Below are positions 1 through 9,104 of a stretch of DNA of 64,000 nt, piece after piece. The first letter of the stretch is position 1. The number at the start of each line of letters is the position of its first letter. The stretch spans positions 256,001 to 320,000 of the forward strand of contig JBFWJC010000001.1 of assembly GCA_050253415.1 (NCBI GenBank). The letters run 5' to 3'. Both the position numbers and the translations under genes were made by a program. Below the pieces are notes generated by a model. That model had not been told where the DNA came from, made no database searches, and saw only the letters and a list, made by a program, of their open reading frames with translations. The stretch comes from Pedobacter sp. GTDB taxonomy: Bacteria; Desulfobacterota; Desulfuromonadia; Desulfuromonadales; Syntrophotaleaceae.

Positions 1-62
1 AAGGAAGTGCTGGTTATCAGCAAACAAAACAGGATGATGAGACATCGGATCGGTAATTTCAT
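1..62 (-). CDS. 5' end of a secreted protein (runs off the window)
   Basis: ATG at 62-60 preceded by AAGGGA. Reads MKLPIRCLIILFCLLITSTS, a signal-peptide-like N-terminus. Not in the ORF track. Confidence 0.6.
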   Translation of the reverse strand, partial: MKLPIRCLIILFCLLITSTS

Positions 63-106
63 CTTTTATCCCTTGGTGCAACGCGAAGGATCTCTATCAA
101 GAATGC

Positions 107-130
107 GGCCGGTGCATGTTTGCACCGGCC
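107..130. terminator. GC-rich hairpin downstream of the first porin-like gene (terminator or mRNA stabiliser)
   Basis: GGCCGGTGCA-TGTT-TGCACCGGCC is a perfect 10-bp stem, with only a weak U-tract. Confidence 0.45.
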
Positions 131-152
131 ATCAATTCATGGAAATGTTTTA

Positions 153-1619
153 TCAGTAGGCCCAGGCCAAAGTCAGGCAGTTGACGAAAGCCGGATCATC
201 ACCAAACTGATCCTTGATGCCGTCACCGGGCAGGAACGTGGAGAAAATGTAATCGACGGAAAAGTTTTTGCTGAAGGCGTACAGAAGTTGCACATCTAGG
301 GTGGTCCCGGCATAATCGTCAACTTTTTTGCCGGGGTTACGTACATTGGTCAGGTTGGCGGTTTCATCGTACCAGATGAAGAAGGCCTGGGTCTTATACA
401 GCAGTTTTGGTACCCAATGCGACAAGTCGCCCCGCGTACCGATAGCCAGTAGTTTCTGACCGGGGTTGTCCCCGCTGCCTCTGTTGCTGATGCCGCCATA
501 GAGGTTGCTGGTTTGAGCCCTTTCGGGTGAATAGGAGTATAAGGTCGCTCCGTAGCTCTGGCCCAGGTCCTCCCCAAGAATATTGCCGTCCATGCCCATC
601 AGGCCTGTGAAACGACCAATATCGGTAATCCCGACCCACCCTTCTACATCGTTATCGGATTTGTCATCATCACCCTGAGAGTAACGGAAGGCGATATAAG
701 GGTTAAAGGCTTTACTTACGGTCATTTCCATACCAGCAAACATGGCCCAGCTTGAGATGTCCTTACCGTTATCAAACTCGCCATCGGCGGCGACGATTTC
801 AAAACAGGGCTTGAACCAGCCAGCTTCGCCGGTTGCTTCCAGCCCGAAATAATGGACTTCGGCCTGGCGGGAGTCATTATCGCTAAAGGCGTAGATCGGG
901 CTGAGGCTTAACTGGAAGTTGGGTGCCTGGCCGTCACTGTTCCCCCAGAAGGGGCTTGCCGGCAAAGTGGCACTTTTCCCGCCAAAGTCCTGAATTAGTT
1001 TAAGGCTGTAGACCCGCCAGTCATCCGCGCTGGATCCGCGCCATTCAGGTGGTTTCGCGGTACTAAGAGGATAACGGTTCTGTATAGGAATGTAGAGGGC
1101 CTCATAGCGGGTTGCTCCGAATAATTTGCCACGAAATCCAATAAAGGGATGATCATCACCGTACAGCAATCCGCCCGATTTGATATCCAGGGCACGAACA
1201 TCCCACCCCGTTTCCAGTTCCAGTTGCGGCAGGAAAGTATAGAGAAGCTCAACGCGTTCGATGCCGAATTCACCGCCGCTGTTGGGCTGAGCCTCTTTTT
1301 CAGCACCCGTATAGAATGAACGATCGGCCGTATCCTTTTCATAAATAACATCGGCTTCTGCGATCATTTTTACCGACCACTTATCTCCGGAAGCCTTCCA
1401 GCCAAGGCGCAATTCGCCGCGGATGTGTTCGCCGGCAGTGATCCCCCCTTCGTTGGCTATCGGCCCATCATCTTTACCACTCTGGAAATCGAAATTGGTG
1501 TAAAAAGTCGGCTTGATTTTGGCGGTACCGAAAAAATCGATACCAGCCGCTGCGGGCCCGGCTGGAAGCAGTGTCAGGGTCAACACGGCCAGCATCAGAC
1601 GGCGGATGTTTCGCTGCAT
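153..1619 (-). CDS. Outer-membrane beta-barrel/porin-like protein
   Basis: Start reassigned to MQRNIRRLML (ATG 1619, AGGAGG RBS). Signal peptide ends PAAA, the sequence has amphipathic beta-strands, and the C-terminus is aromatic (LAWAY). Confidence 0.7.
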   Translation of the reverse strand: MQRNIRRLMLAVLTLTLLPAGPAAAGIDFFGTAKIKPTFYTNFDFQSGKDDGPIANEGGITAGEHIRGELRLGWKASGDKWSVKMIAEADVIYEKDTADRSFYTGAEKEAQPNSGGEFGIERVELLYTFLPQLELETGWDVRALDIKSGGLLYGDDHPFIGFRGKLFGATRYEALYIPIQNRYPLSTAKPPEWRGSSADDWRVYSLKLIQDFGGKSATLPASPFWGNSDGQAPNFQLSLSPIYAFSDNDSRQAEVHYFGLEATGEAGWFKPCFEIVAADGEFDNGKDISSWAMFAGMEMTVSKAFNPYIAFRYSQGDDDKSDNDVEGWVGITDIGRFTGLMGMDGNILGEDLGQSYGATLYSYSPERAQTSNLYGGISNRGSGDNPGQKLLAIGTRGDLSHWVPKLLYKTQAFFIWYDETANLTNVRNPGKKVDDYAGTTLDVQLLYAFSKNFSVDYIFSTFLPGDGIKDQFGDDPAFVNCLTLAWAY

Positions 1620-1743
1620 GGGTTTACCTCCTGTCAAAGAAAAAGCTCCTTCCAGTATGGCCTGCTGGCAAATAGGACGGGATGTATCGGGGCAAGCGGC
1701 GATTCCGGAGGAATAAATTACATGGGGCCTTTGTCGTGACGCC

Positions 1744-1772
1744 GATATAGCAGGAATTACCATATCTGTCAA
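1744..1772 (-). promoter_or_regulatory. Sigma70 promoter of the first porin-like gene
   Basis: Minus strand reads TTGACA-N17-TATATC, with TG just upstream of the -10. Confidence 0.6.
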
Positions 1773-1836
1773 TTTAAATAAAACAACGTTTTGACAGGAG
1801 TGAATGGTGTTCGGGGATATCAAACATAAATGCGGC

Positions 1837-1868
1837 AAAAAGAAAGCCCCGGAGGATATCCGGGGCTT
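1837..1868 (-). terminator. Intrinsic terminator after the VCBS protein gene
   Basis: AAGCCCCGGA/TCCGGGGCTT stem followed by a T-run on the minus strand. Confidence 0.7.
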
Positions 1869-1897
1869 CGTGTGAAACGTGAAGGTGAAACAGATTT

Positions 1898-3607
1898 TTA
1901 TTTGACCAATGGGAAGACCAGTAATTGGCTTCCGCCATCCTCGCCGAACACCGACCCGGCTTGGGTAGCCACCATCATTACGCGTTTCTGGTCCAGGGTA
2001 AGTCCTTGCAGCGGAAGATCGAGTTCTTCGCCCAGTGTGCCTTTGACAAACATGCCATCACGGAATTTAACCACAGCCAGCCAGCTTTTGCTGACGTTGG
2101 CGGAGATGCCGGGGGCGGACATCAAAGAGGATTCAGAGGCGACGGAAAGCAGTTCAGGGCTGCCATCGTTGTCAAGATCCACGGCGATAGGGGGCACTTC
2201 AAATGCCGCGAAGTGGGTCTTGGTTTCGCGGGCGTTGGGCTGCTCCTCAAACATGATGCGGGACACGGAACCGCCCATCATTTTAGGCGATTTGTAGCGT
2301 TGCTTGTCCCCGGAATAGACGTACATCAGACCGTCGCGAACAAAAACGGTTTCAGGTTTACGGTCACCGTCGAGGTCGGCCATCAAGCTGCCTCCAACAG
2401 TGAATCGGCGGGGCAGATCGAAGGATATTTTGCGGGTTTCCAGTTTGCCGCTTTGCAGCTGCAGTTCCCGCACGATAGTTCCCCAGAAGGTTTCGCGATC
2501 AAAGTTTTGTGCCAGTAGCAGTTCTCTGCTCCCATTGCCGTCGCGGTCGAAGGTCCCGAGAGTGTAAGGTAAAAATTTGTCGACAGCGGTAAACATTCCG
2601 TTTTCATAACGGTAAACCGAGGAGCTCAGACCGGTTTCTTTCCAGGCCGAAACGGCCAGATAGAGCTCGCCGTCAGCCGGTTGCCACCAATGCAAAGCAA
2701 GGATCTGCGGCACGGTCTCAGGTTTGAATTCCGTAACGGGAACAAGGTTATCCCCGGCTTTGAATAGTTTGATAACAGTGCCGTCGGTGGCGGCCATCAG
2801 CAGGTCGTTGCCCGAGCGTACAAAATCTGCCATCACGGCGGGAAAACCGAGCCCTCCAGGGGTCTGGAAACCAGGCATGGTCATGTCGTATTGAACGCCA
2901 TGAACGCTAGCGACAGGTTTCGCCGGGGTTTCAAGGCGGTAGGGGGCTGCGGGAGCTGCCGGAGCTGCAGTTTGCAGGGATGCAGAAACGGCAGGCAGAA
3001 GTTCGGTGGGTAGCGGATAGGCACGAACTACCGTGAACTTGGCGTCGCGCACGGTGATACCATCGCGGCCGGCTACGATAAACAGGTCGGCGGAAGCGGC
3101 ACCTGCTGCAGTAGGTTTTGCCGGTTTTTCTGCTTGCGCGGCGGCAAAATCCTGCCAGTCAAGGGCTGGAAGTTCGGTTTTGAGGGAGCTGTAAAAGCCT
3201 TCGGCTTTGCCAGTATAATCCCAAAACGCGGTACGTAAACCATCGTAGCGGCGGATGCTGTCGCCACGCTTGATGGCAGCTTTGCTGGTCACCGGCTTGG
3301 TGTGGGAAAAGCCTTCCTTGATCTGGGTTACCTGCAATACCCCTTTGCTGGAATCGAGGGTGCCGATGACTTTGCCGGTAACCGGATGGATGATCTTTTC
3401 CCCCGGTTGAACCACGCTAAAAAGGTCCCCCACTACCAGGCCTTTAGTGGCATCCAGATCTATCAGGTACTCATCTTGTACCGGCAGTACGACATAGCCC
3501 GGTATCGGTTGCAGGTCTCCAACCATATCCTCCAGGGTCCCGGCCGGGGCAGTTCCGACCGCCACCAGCAGCAGAGCCACCAACCATACACTAACTTTGG
3601 AAATCAA
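1898..3607 (-). CDS. Secreted VCBS/FG-GAP repeat protein
   Basis: Signal peptide and repeated DxDGxG/DLDxDG motifs (FDRDGNG, ADLDGDRKPE, VDLDNDGSPE). The N-terminal segment IIHPVTGKVIG resembles FlgT C-terminal-like domains. Confidence 0.7.
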   Translation of the reverse strand: MISKVSVWLVALLLVAVGTAPAGTLEDMVGDLQPIPGYVVLPVQDEYLIDLDATKGLVVGDLFSVVQPGEKIIHPVTGKVIGTLDSSKGVLQVTQIKEGFSHTKPVTSKAAIKRGDSIRRYDGLRTAFWDYTGKAEGFYSSLKTELPALDWQDFAAAQAEKPAKPTAAGAASADLFIVAGRDGITVRDAKFTVVRAYPLPTELLPAVSASLQTAAPAAPAAPYRLETPAKPVASVHGVQYDMTMPGFQTPGGLGFPAVMADFVRSGNDLLMAATDGTVIKLFKAGDNLVPVTEFKPETVPQILALHWWQPADGELYLAVSAWKETGLSSSVYRYENGMFTAVDKFLPYTLGTFDRDGNGSRELLLAQNFDRETFWGTIVRELQLQSGKLETRKISFDLPRRFTVGGSLMADLDGDRKPETVFVRDGLMYVYSGDKQRYKSPKMMGGSVSRIMFEEQPNARETKTHFAAFEVPPIAVDLDNDGSPELLSVASESSLMSAPGISANVSKSWLAVVKFRDGMFVKGTLGEELDLPLQGLTLDQKRVMMVATQAGSVFGEDGGSQLLVFPLVK

Positions 3608-3668
3608 GGCAAAAACCTCCTATCAAGCGGTGCGTGAAAGAGTCACATCGATTGCCCGACCGGCAAAC

Positions 3669-3695
3669 AAAAGGGGCCGGGCAAAGCCCGGCCCC
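3669..3695 (-). terminator. Intrinsic terminator/hairpin after the second porin gene
   Basis: GGGGCCGGGC-AAA-GCCCGGCCCC followed by TTTT on the minus strand. Confidence 0.65.
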
Positions 3696-3724
3696 AACGT
3701 AACATATCAATAGTTAGGAAACAA

Positions 3725-5077
3725 TTAGAACTTGAATTGGATACGGGCGTCGGTGCGGAATACATCGTCGCCATTACCGTCGGAAGCCATTGCTTCCCAA
3801 GCATCACCAGCCACCAGGTAACCGGCATTGATATCGGCGGTCAGACCTTTCATGATGGTGTAGCTGGCGCCAACCACAAATTCATGACCGATTTCGTCGT
3901 CTCCGAGACGAGAATCTTCGGCGGTGTTGTGCCAGAAGTACTTGGCCCAGAGTTTGGTTTTAGCATTCAGCTTGTGCGCAGCGCCGACGTAGATCAACTG
4001 GTAGCCCTGGTCGAGTACGTAAGGAGCCTGGCTGAAAGAGTTGTCATCGCAGTAGTTGTCGAAGATGATGACCGAGCCGAGGATCGAGGTAGCGATATCG
4101 ATTACGTCGAAGTTTTCGACATCACTGTCGCTATCGTCGTCGTCGCCGGAAGCATACAAGCCACCAAGGGTGAAGGTGTTTTTGCCAACAGTATAATCGA
4201 GCTGACCATGGAACAGGTAAGCATCGCGATCGAGGGACTCGCCATCGACCTCAACTTCGCCGGTCAGATACATACCGGTGAACATACCGGAAAGGTTGTT
4301 CCACTTTCCCTTGCCAGCCAGACCGAGCCAGATTTCCTCATCCTGAAGGGTAAAGGTCTCGCCGAAAACAGGCTCCTTGCCCTGATCCATGTACACGAGG
4401 AAGGCATTCAGGCTGTTTCCGCCTTCGAAAACATAGGTGAGATCCGCGGCATATGCGTCATCATACTGGGATTTGTTTACAGAGGGGTCTGCATCTTTGG
4501 AATCGGAGCTGGTGTTCCAGTCGTTACGGAACCAGCCCAGCGAATATGCCCAGTTGTTTTCTTTACGGGTCCACTTGACGCCGCCAGCATTGTCGGACCA
4601 CAGCAGGGCGTTGTAACCGACGGGCTGCAGGCCGACGGTCAAGCGGGAAGCCGGATCGAAGGGCAGTTCGAGTTCGGTGTAGGCCCAGCGCAGTTCAAAT
4701 ACGTTGTCGTCACCGCCGAAGTCCGCACCTTTGCCACCGAATTTGGAAGAACCGAATTCAAAACCGACGACGCCTTTGACTTTTTTCTCATCATCGGACA
4801 CGGTCAGGTCCATGCGGTACTTCAGTTCGCCGAAGAAATCGCTGTCATTTTTGTTTTTCTTGGTGTCGGGCAAGGTAATATTACCCTGAGAAAGCAGGGC
4901 GCCGCCTGCACCGATGTATTTTTCACTGTCTTTGATGCTACGTACCGAGGTATCCGCCTGGGTGCTGTAGGAAAAACGGTTGTTGAAGTCGCCATGCCAT
5001 TCGACGTTGATCGCCAGGGCGGGAGTCGCCATGGCCAGGGCGATCAAGATCGCCATTGCAAGTTTGAACTGTTTCAC
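3725..5077 (-). CDS. Outer-membrane porin (deltaproteobacterial homotrimeric porin-like)
   Basis: GTG start at 5077 with AAGGAG RBS. Signal peptide ends PALA, the sequence shows a beta-barrel pattern, and it ends in Phe (IQFKF). Confidence 0.75.
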   Translation of the reverse strand: MKQFKLAMAILIALAMATPALAINVEWHGDFNNRFSYSTQADTSVRSIKDSEKYIGAGGALLSQGNITLPDTKKNKNDSDFFGELKYRMDLTVSDDEKKVKGVVGFEFGSSKFGGKGADFGGDDNVFELRWAYTELELPFDPASRLTVGLQPVGYNALLWSDNAGGVKWTRKENNWAYSLGWFRNDWNTSSDSKDADPSVNKSQYDDAYAADLTYVFEGGNSLNAFLVYMDQGKEPVFGETFTLQDEEIWLGLAGKGKWNNLSGMFTGMYLTGEVEVDGESLDRDAYLFHGQLDYTVGKNTFTLGGLYASGDDDDSDSDVENFDVIDIATSILGSVIIFDNYCDDNSFSQAPYVLDQGYQLIYVGAAHKLNAKTKLWAKYFWHNTAEDSRLGDDEIGHEFVVGASYTIMKGLTADINAGYLVAGDAWEAMASDGNGDDVFRTDARIQFKF

Positions 5078-5312
5078 GGTTGTTGTCTCCTTCCATCTGA
5101 AAAAAAGAAATGCCAATGTTGTGCACGAGGCGCTCATGCCTCGACACAAATATTGATTGGGGGGAAAGCACCTGCTTTCTGATACCCCGGGGTGGTTCCA
5201 GTCAGGCCGTACCCCTTCTCTGGTGATCCGGCCGTGTTAGCTGACGATTAGGTTTTCAGTTATTTTCAAGTCCATTGCATTGAAAATAACTGAAAAGGAC
5301 TTCCTCGCGTCT

Positions 5313-5329
5313 TTCAACATTTGTGCCAA
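5313..5329 (-). promoter_or_regulatory. Possible sigma54 promoter of the porin
   Basis: Minus strand TTGGCAC-AAATG-TTGA: a perfect -24 box, with -12 TTGA instead of TTGC. Confidence 0.4.
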
Positions 5330-5355
5330 CGCTATATCTAGTCGTATACATCGGC
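5328..5355. promoter_or_regulatory. ModE-box-like site 1
   Basis: AACG-C-TATATC-TAGTCG-TATACA-T-CGGC compared with the consensus ATCG-N-TATATA-N6-TATATA-N-CGAT. Confidence 0.55.
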
Positions 5356-5436
5356 GATGTTGCAAAATATAGGAAAATACTGGACTTGGGCTTGGCTTTG
5401 AACTTAAGGCATTGTGTCGACACTGCCACAGTGTGT

Positions 5437-5464
5437 ATCGTTATGCAACAGAGTATCGAACGAT
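5437..5464. promoter_or_regulatory. ModE-box-like site 2
   Basis: ATCG-T-TATGCA-ACAGAG-TATCGA-A-CGAT has the exact 28-bp geometry with perfect outer flanks. Confidence 0.45.
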
Positions 5465-5479
5465 GCGACGCTTATTTTC

Positions 5480-5992
5480 TCAGGGGGGAGCCGGTTGCTG
5501 GTCAACGAGCTTTTGCAGAATGCCGGTGATTTCGGCGCCGTCAAGTCCGAGGGTATCCTGAACGATCCGTCCAGAACGGTCCAGAATTAACAACCTGGGG
5601 ATAGGGTAGACACGATAAGCGCGATGTACCTGTCCATCATCGAGCAGCGCTTCAAAGGAGGTAGGTAGTTTTTTGTCTTTCAGATAGTTACGTACCGTTT
5701 TAGCCGGTTCCTGAACAAAAACATCCACAACGGGGATCCGGTTGTCGTCAAGAAACTGTTTGATTTGTGATAGTTCAGACAGTTGTGCCTTGCATCCAGG
5801 ACACCAGGTTGTGCCGATAGCCAACACGACCAGACTGCCCTGGAAATCCTTCAGACGGATGGTTTTGCCGGCTATATTCTGCAACTTGAAGTCGGGGGCG
5901 ATATCTCCAGCGGGGAGTTGGCACAGGGCCGGCGTGGTGATACAAACGATCAAAATCCACGAAAGAAGGACATATCTCAACGCTGTTTTCAT
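5480..5992 (-). CDS. TlpA/ResA-like thioredoxin-fold redoxin (exported)
   Basis: Signal peptide, APDFKL, WCPGC (CxxC) and the cis-Pro motif YPIP. Confidence 0.8.
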   Translation of the reverse strand: MKTALRYVLLSWILIVCITTPALCQLPAGDIAPDFKLQNIAGKTIRLKDFQGSLVVLAIGTTWCPGCKAQLSELSQIKQFLDDNRIPVVDVFVQEPAKTVRNYLKDKKLPTSFEALLDDGQVHRAYRVYPIPRLLILDRSGRIVQDTLGLDGAEITGILQKLVDQQPAPP

Positions 5993-6163
5993 GTTTTCTC
6001 CTCAGTCGAAACATTGCCTTAAAAGAAAAACGTTCGATTATTTGGTTATTGATCAAGATTAGTCAAGGTAAAATTTAAAATTGCATTTTATAGCCGATGT
6101 GCTGTTGCACTCCTCCGCCTATGTCTGGGTATACCCTCCTTCTCTTTGGTGACCCCGCAAACG

Positions 6164-6192
6164 TTGACTTTCCAAGGGTAATCCACTACTTT
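6164..6192 (+). promoter_or_regulatory. Sigma70 promoter of the hypothetical-mqnB-mqnD operon
   Basis: TTGACT-N17-TACTTT. Confidence 0.45.
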
Positions 6193-6247
6193 TAGCTGGT
6201 ATCAAATACGCTTCGGGACCGACTTTCGCCTTTGGGTCCGATTTTAT

Positions 6248-7378
6248 ATGGTATTGACCATGAGGCGTTTATCCACCACTCAGGAAGGAACCAACTACTT
6301 GTCTCCCACTACCTTTGATTTTCCCCTTGGCATCAGCCCATGGGCCAGTGAAAGGCGTCGTCTGCGTCGGCTGCAGGAGGGGTATACTTTTAATCTACTG
6401 GAAAACTCCAGTGATTCGTACCGATTCACCGTTATGCCGGGAGTTGGCAAGATAGAAAAGCTGTTTCATGCCTTTGCCGCGGCCATGCCTGACGAGTGTT
6501 TTTTTATCCTGGAATACTATGCCGATGAGGAAGAGCAGCCGTCCGAGGAAAGTGCCGAGCCCTTGCTCTTTTACTCTCCCTACATGCCCAAAGAGGAAAT
6601 CCTTGACGCATTGCAGCCCTATTTTTCCCGTTTGGCGCACGACGGTTTTGTCGGTTTCGGTTTGGCCAACAACCAAGTCGGCATGGAGTTGTTTTATTCC
6701 GAAGAGAAGGTTGTAACCTGTTTCACGTGTAACCATATCCGGGTTATGGATACTCTCGGACGCTGTGGTTTGACCTATAATGCAGAGCAGCTTTTTACCT
6801 CAGACCTGGGGCATGACCATTTGTCGTTGCTTTGTTATCGCCCGCAGACCTTGCCACCGGAGTTAGCTCCTTTCAAAGAGCAGGACCTCGACTACCTTTG
6901 TTTTTGTCGTGAGATTACCGAGATGCTGGAGATGTATCCGGTAGAGGATGACCTGTCATTCTTTCTATCGCAAAAAGAGCAGCAGCTTATCGCCCTGCGC
7001 CTAAGTCAGCATGTTGAATTTTCAGGTTTTGCCGACGAGGAATTCGGTGATCTGTTGTTGAGTTGGAGTGATTTCGTCCAGGAGTGTGAAGCCGGATTTG
7101 AAGGCAATCTGGAGGATTATCACGATGGTCTGCGGCTGCGGGATCTGATCCAGTATGTTATCGAAGGTGTTCCGCCATTGCTGGCGCAAAAGCTTACCGA
7201 GGTGGTGGCTGATTCGGACCGGCGGCTTAGCCATAACCTTATAGACTGCCGAAAACGCCTGGATGCCCCCCAGAATCTGCCGCTTCGTGATGATCGTTTC
7301 TGGTATCGCGGTATGGTCAGCAAGCAGGGTGTCGTGTTGCGCCGTGATCTGATTCGTCAGGGTTGGTTTCAACCATGA
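6248..7378 (+). CDS. Acidic hypothetical protein (true start possibly TTG 6299)
   Basis: Long ORF with host-like codon usage, tightly upstream of mqnB. No family recognised. Confidence 0.7.
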   Translation: MVLTMRRLSTTQEGTNYLSPTTFDFPLGISPWASERRRLRRLQEGYTFNLLENSSDSYRFTVMPGVGKIEKLFHAFAAAMPDECFFILEYYADEEEQPSEESAEPLLFYSPYMPKEEILDALQPYFSRLAHDGFVGFGLANNQVGMELFYSEEKVVTCFTCNHIRVMDTLGRCGLTYNAEQLFTSDLGHDHLSLLCYRPQTLPPELAPFKEQDLDYLCFCREITEMLEMYPVEDDLSFFLSQKEQQLIALRLSQHVEFSGFADEEFGDLLLSWSDFVQECEAGFEGNLEDYHDGLRLRDLIQYVIEGVPPLLAQKLTEVVADSDRRLSHNLIDCRKRLDAPQNLPLRDDRFWYRGMVSKQGVVLRRDLIRQGWFQP

Positions 7379-7418
7379 TACGGGATTTCCTATGCAACCC
7401 GCTCGGGTGGGGGGCTCC

Positions 7419-8165
7419 ATGGTTGCGATTGTAGCAGCAGTGCCGGATGAGACATGGATGTTTCGCCGCAGGTTGTTCCCCTGCGAGGTGCGGCGCTGCG
7501 GCCGTCGCGATCTCTACTGCGGGAGCATGTTTGGCCACAAGGTCGTGGTTCTTCACACCGGGGTCGGTAAGATCAACGCGGCCTCGGCGGTTACCGCGTT
7601 GCTTGAGTATTATACCCCCGAGACTTTGATTATCACCGGTTGTTGCGGTGCTTATGCCGACCAGGGCTTGAGCAAAGGCGACCTGGTGCTCGCCACGGAA
7701 GAGATATGTGCCGATGAGGGTGTGCTGACTCCGGAGGGATTTCGGGATTTTGCCACCTTGGGTTTTACCCTGCTGCGCAATAAAAGCATCGGCCTGCAGA
7801 ATCGCTTCTTTGTTGATGCAAAGCTGCAGGAAAGTGCCCGTACCCACCTGGAACGGTTTTCCCGGGAAGAAGGTCTGCACCTCGGGGTTGGTCCACTGGT
7901 GACGGTCTCCACGTGTTCGGGCACATCGCAGTCCGGTCTGGATATGCAGGCCCGTACCGGTGGGCTCGGCGAGAACATGGAAGGCGCTGCCGTGGCGCAG
8001 GTCTGCCAGCAGTACAAGGTGCCGTTCCTGGAAATTCGTGGGATTTCCAATATGGTCGAAGACCGGAATTTGCAGAACTGGGATCTTGCAGGCGCCGCCG
8101 AAAACGCTCAGCAGGCCCTGGTGGCCTTGCTGCGCAGCTGGTTTGCGCCGGTTTTATTGGCCTGA
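7419..8165 (+). CDS. mqnB: Futalosine hydrolase (MTA/SAH nucleosidase fold)
   Basis: TGVGKINAA, VTVSTCSG, ENMEGAAVAQVC and EIRGISN motifs. The stop overlaps the mqnD start. Confidence 0.85.
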   Translation: MVAIVAAVPDETWMFRRRLFPCEVRRCGRRDLYCGSMFGHKVVVLHTGVGKINAASAVTALLEYYTPETLIITGCCGAYADQGLSKGDLVLATEEICADEGVLTPEGFRDFATLGFTLLRNKSIGLQNRFFVDAKLQESARTHLERFSREEGLHLGVGPLVTVSTCSGTSQSGLDMQARTGGLGENMEGAAVAQVCQQYKVPFLEIRGISNMVEDRNLQNWDLAGAAENAQQALVALLRSWFAPVLLA

Positions 8166-8995
8166 TGCGGTACCTTTCTCTGGGGATATCTCCTTGCCCC
8201 AATGACACGGCCATTTTTTATGGATTGATCAGCGGCCATGTTTCCCTGCCAGGGATCTCCTTACGTCTGCGCATCGAAGATGTGGACACTCTCAACCGCC
8301 TTGCGGCCGCCCGTTCCCTCGATATCACCAAAATTTCCCTGCATGCTTACGGTCATCTGCGACAGGATTATGTATTGTTGCGTTGTGGCGCGGCGCTTGG
8401 CCGCGGTTGTGGTCCATTGGTGGTGGCGCGTGAGCCGCTTGTCCCCGAATGTCTGCAAGGCATGCGTATCGCAGTTCCGGGCCGCTTGACCACGGCAAGT
8501 CTATTGTTGCAGATGTACGGGGTTGCACCGTCATGTCTGGAAGAAATGCCTTTTCATGCCATCGAGGCGGCTGTTGCCAGCGGGAAGGTGGATGCAGGCG
8601 TGCTTATTCATGAAGCGCGCTTTACGTGTGAAAGCCGGGGGTTGGTAAAAGTGCTGGATCTTGGCATCTGGTGGGAGGCGCTTACCGGTTTGCCTTTGCC
8701 ATTGGGCGGAATTGTGGCAAAGCGGTGTCTCGGGCGCCCTACCCTGGAGCTTGTCGAGCAGGCTATAGGCCGCAGTATCGATAGCTTGCATGCCGCGCCA
8801 GCTGCGGCGCGGGACTTTATTCGCAGTCATGCCCAGGAATCCGACGATGCGGTCCTCGATGGCCATATAGGTCTGTATGTGAATGAATTTACGCGTCACT
8901 TGGGGGCAGATGGCGAAGCTGCGGTCGCAGAGTTTTTTGCCCGGGCCGAGGCCAATGGATTGCTGCCCCCCTGCCCCGTCGGATTGTTCGGATGA
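8165..8995 (+). CDS. mqnD: 1,4-dihydroxy-6-naphthoate synthase
   Basis: SPCPNDT, GAALGRGCGP, IHEARFT, LPLPLGG and HIGLYVNEF motifs. ATG overlaps the mqnB TGA. Confidence 0.9.
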   Translation: MRYLSLGISPCPNDTAIFYGLISGHVSLPGISLRLRIEDVDTLNRLAAARSLDITKISLHAYGHLRQDYVLLRCGAALGRGCGPLVVAREPLVPECLQGMRIAVPGRLTTASLLLQMYGVAPSCLEEMPFHAIEAAVASGKVDAGVLIHEARFTCESRGLVKVLDLGIWWEALTGLPLPLGGIVAKRCLGRPTLELVEQAIGRSIDSLHAAPAAARDFIRSHAQESDDAVLDGHIGLYVNEFTRHLGADGEAAVAEFFARAEANGLLPPCPVGLFG

Positions 8996-9052
8996 TATCG
9001 GTATCGAATGCGTATTTTGTTTGCGGGAATAAGCAGGTTTTCCCAGCCTACG

Positions 9053-9086
9053 AAAAAAGCGGCCCCTTTGGGAGGCCGCTTTTTTT
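9053..9086. terminator. Bidirectional intrinsic terminator (mqnD/serA)
   Basis: A6-GCGGCC...GGCCGC-T7 between convergent genes. Confidence 0.8.
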
Positions 9087-9104
9087 ATGAACTGACAGGG
9101 GCGA

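Noticed and set aside
3737..5182. 481-aa plus-strand ORF
   Set aside because: Exact antisense shadow of the porin gene, caused by codon bias; no RBS or motifs.
5160..5250. Possible Moco riboswitch in the porin leader (GTATCAGAAAGCAGGTG segment)
   Set aside because: Only superficial similarity; I could not build the conserved multi-stem core or the CCUCCC...GGAAAGG motif by eye. An Infernal search is needed.
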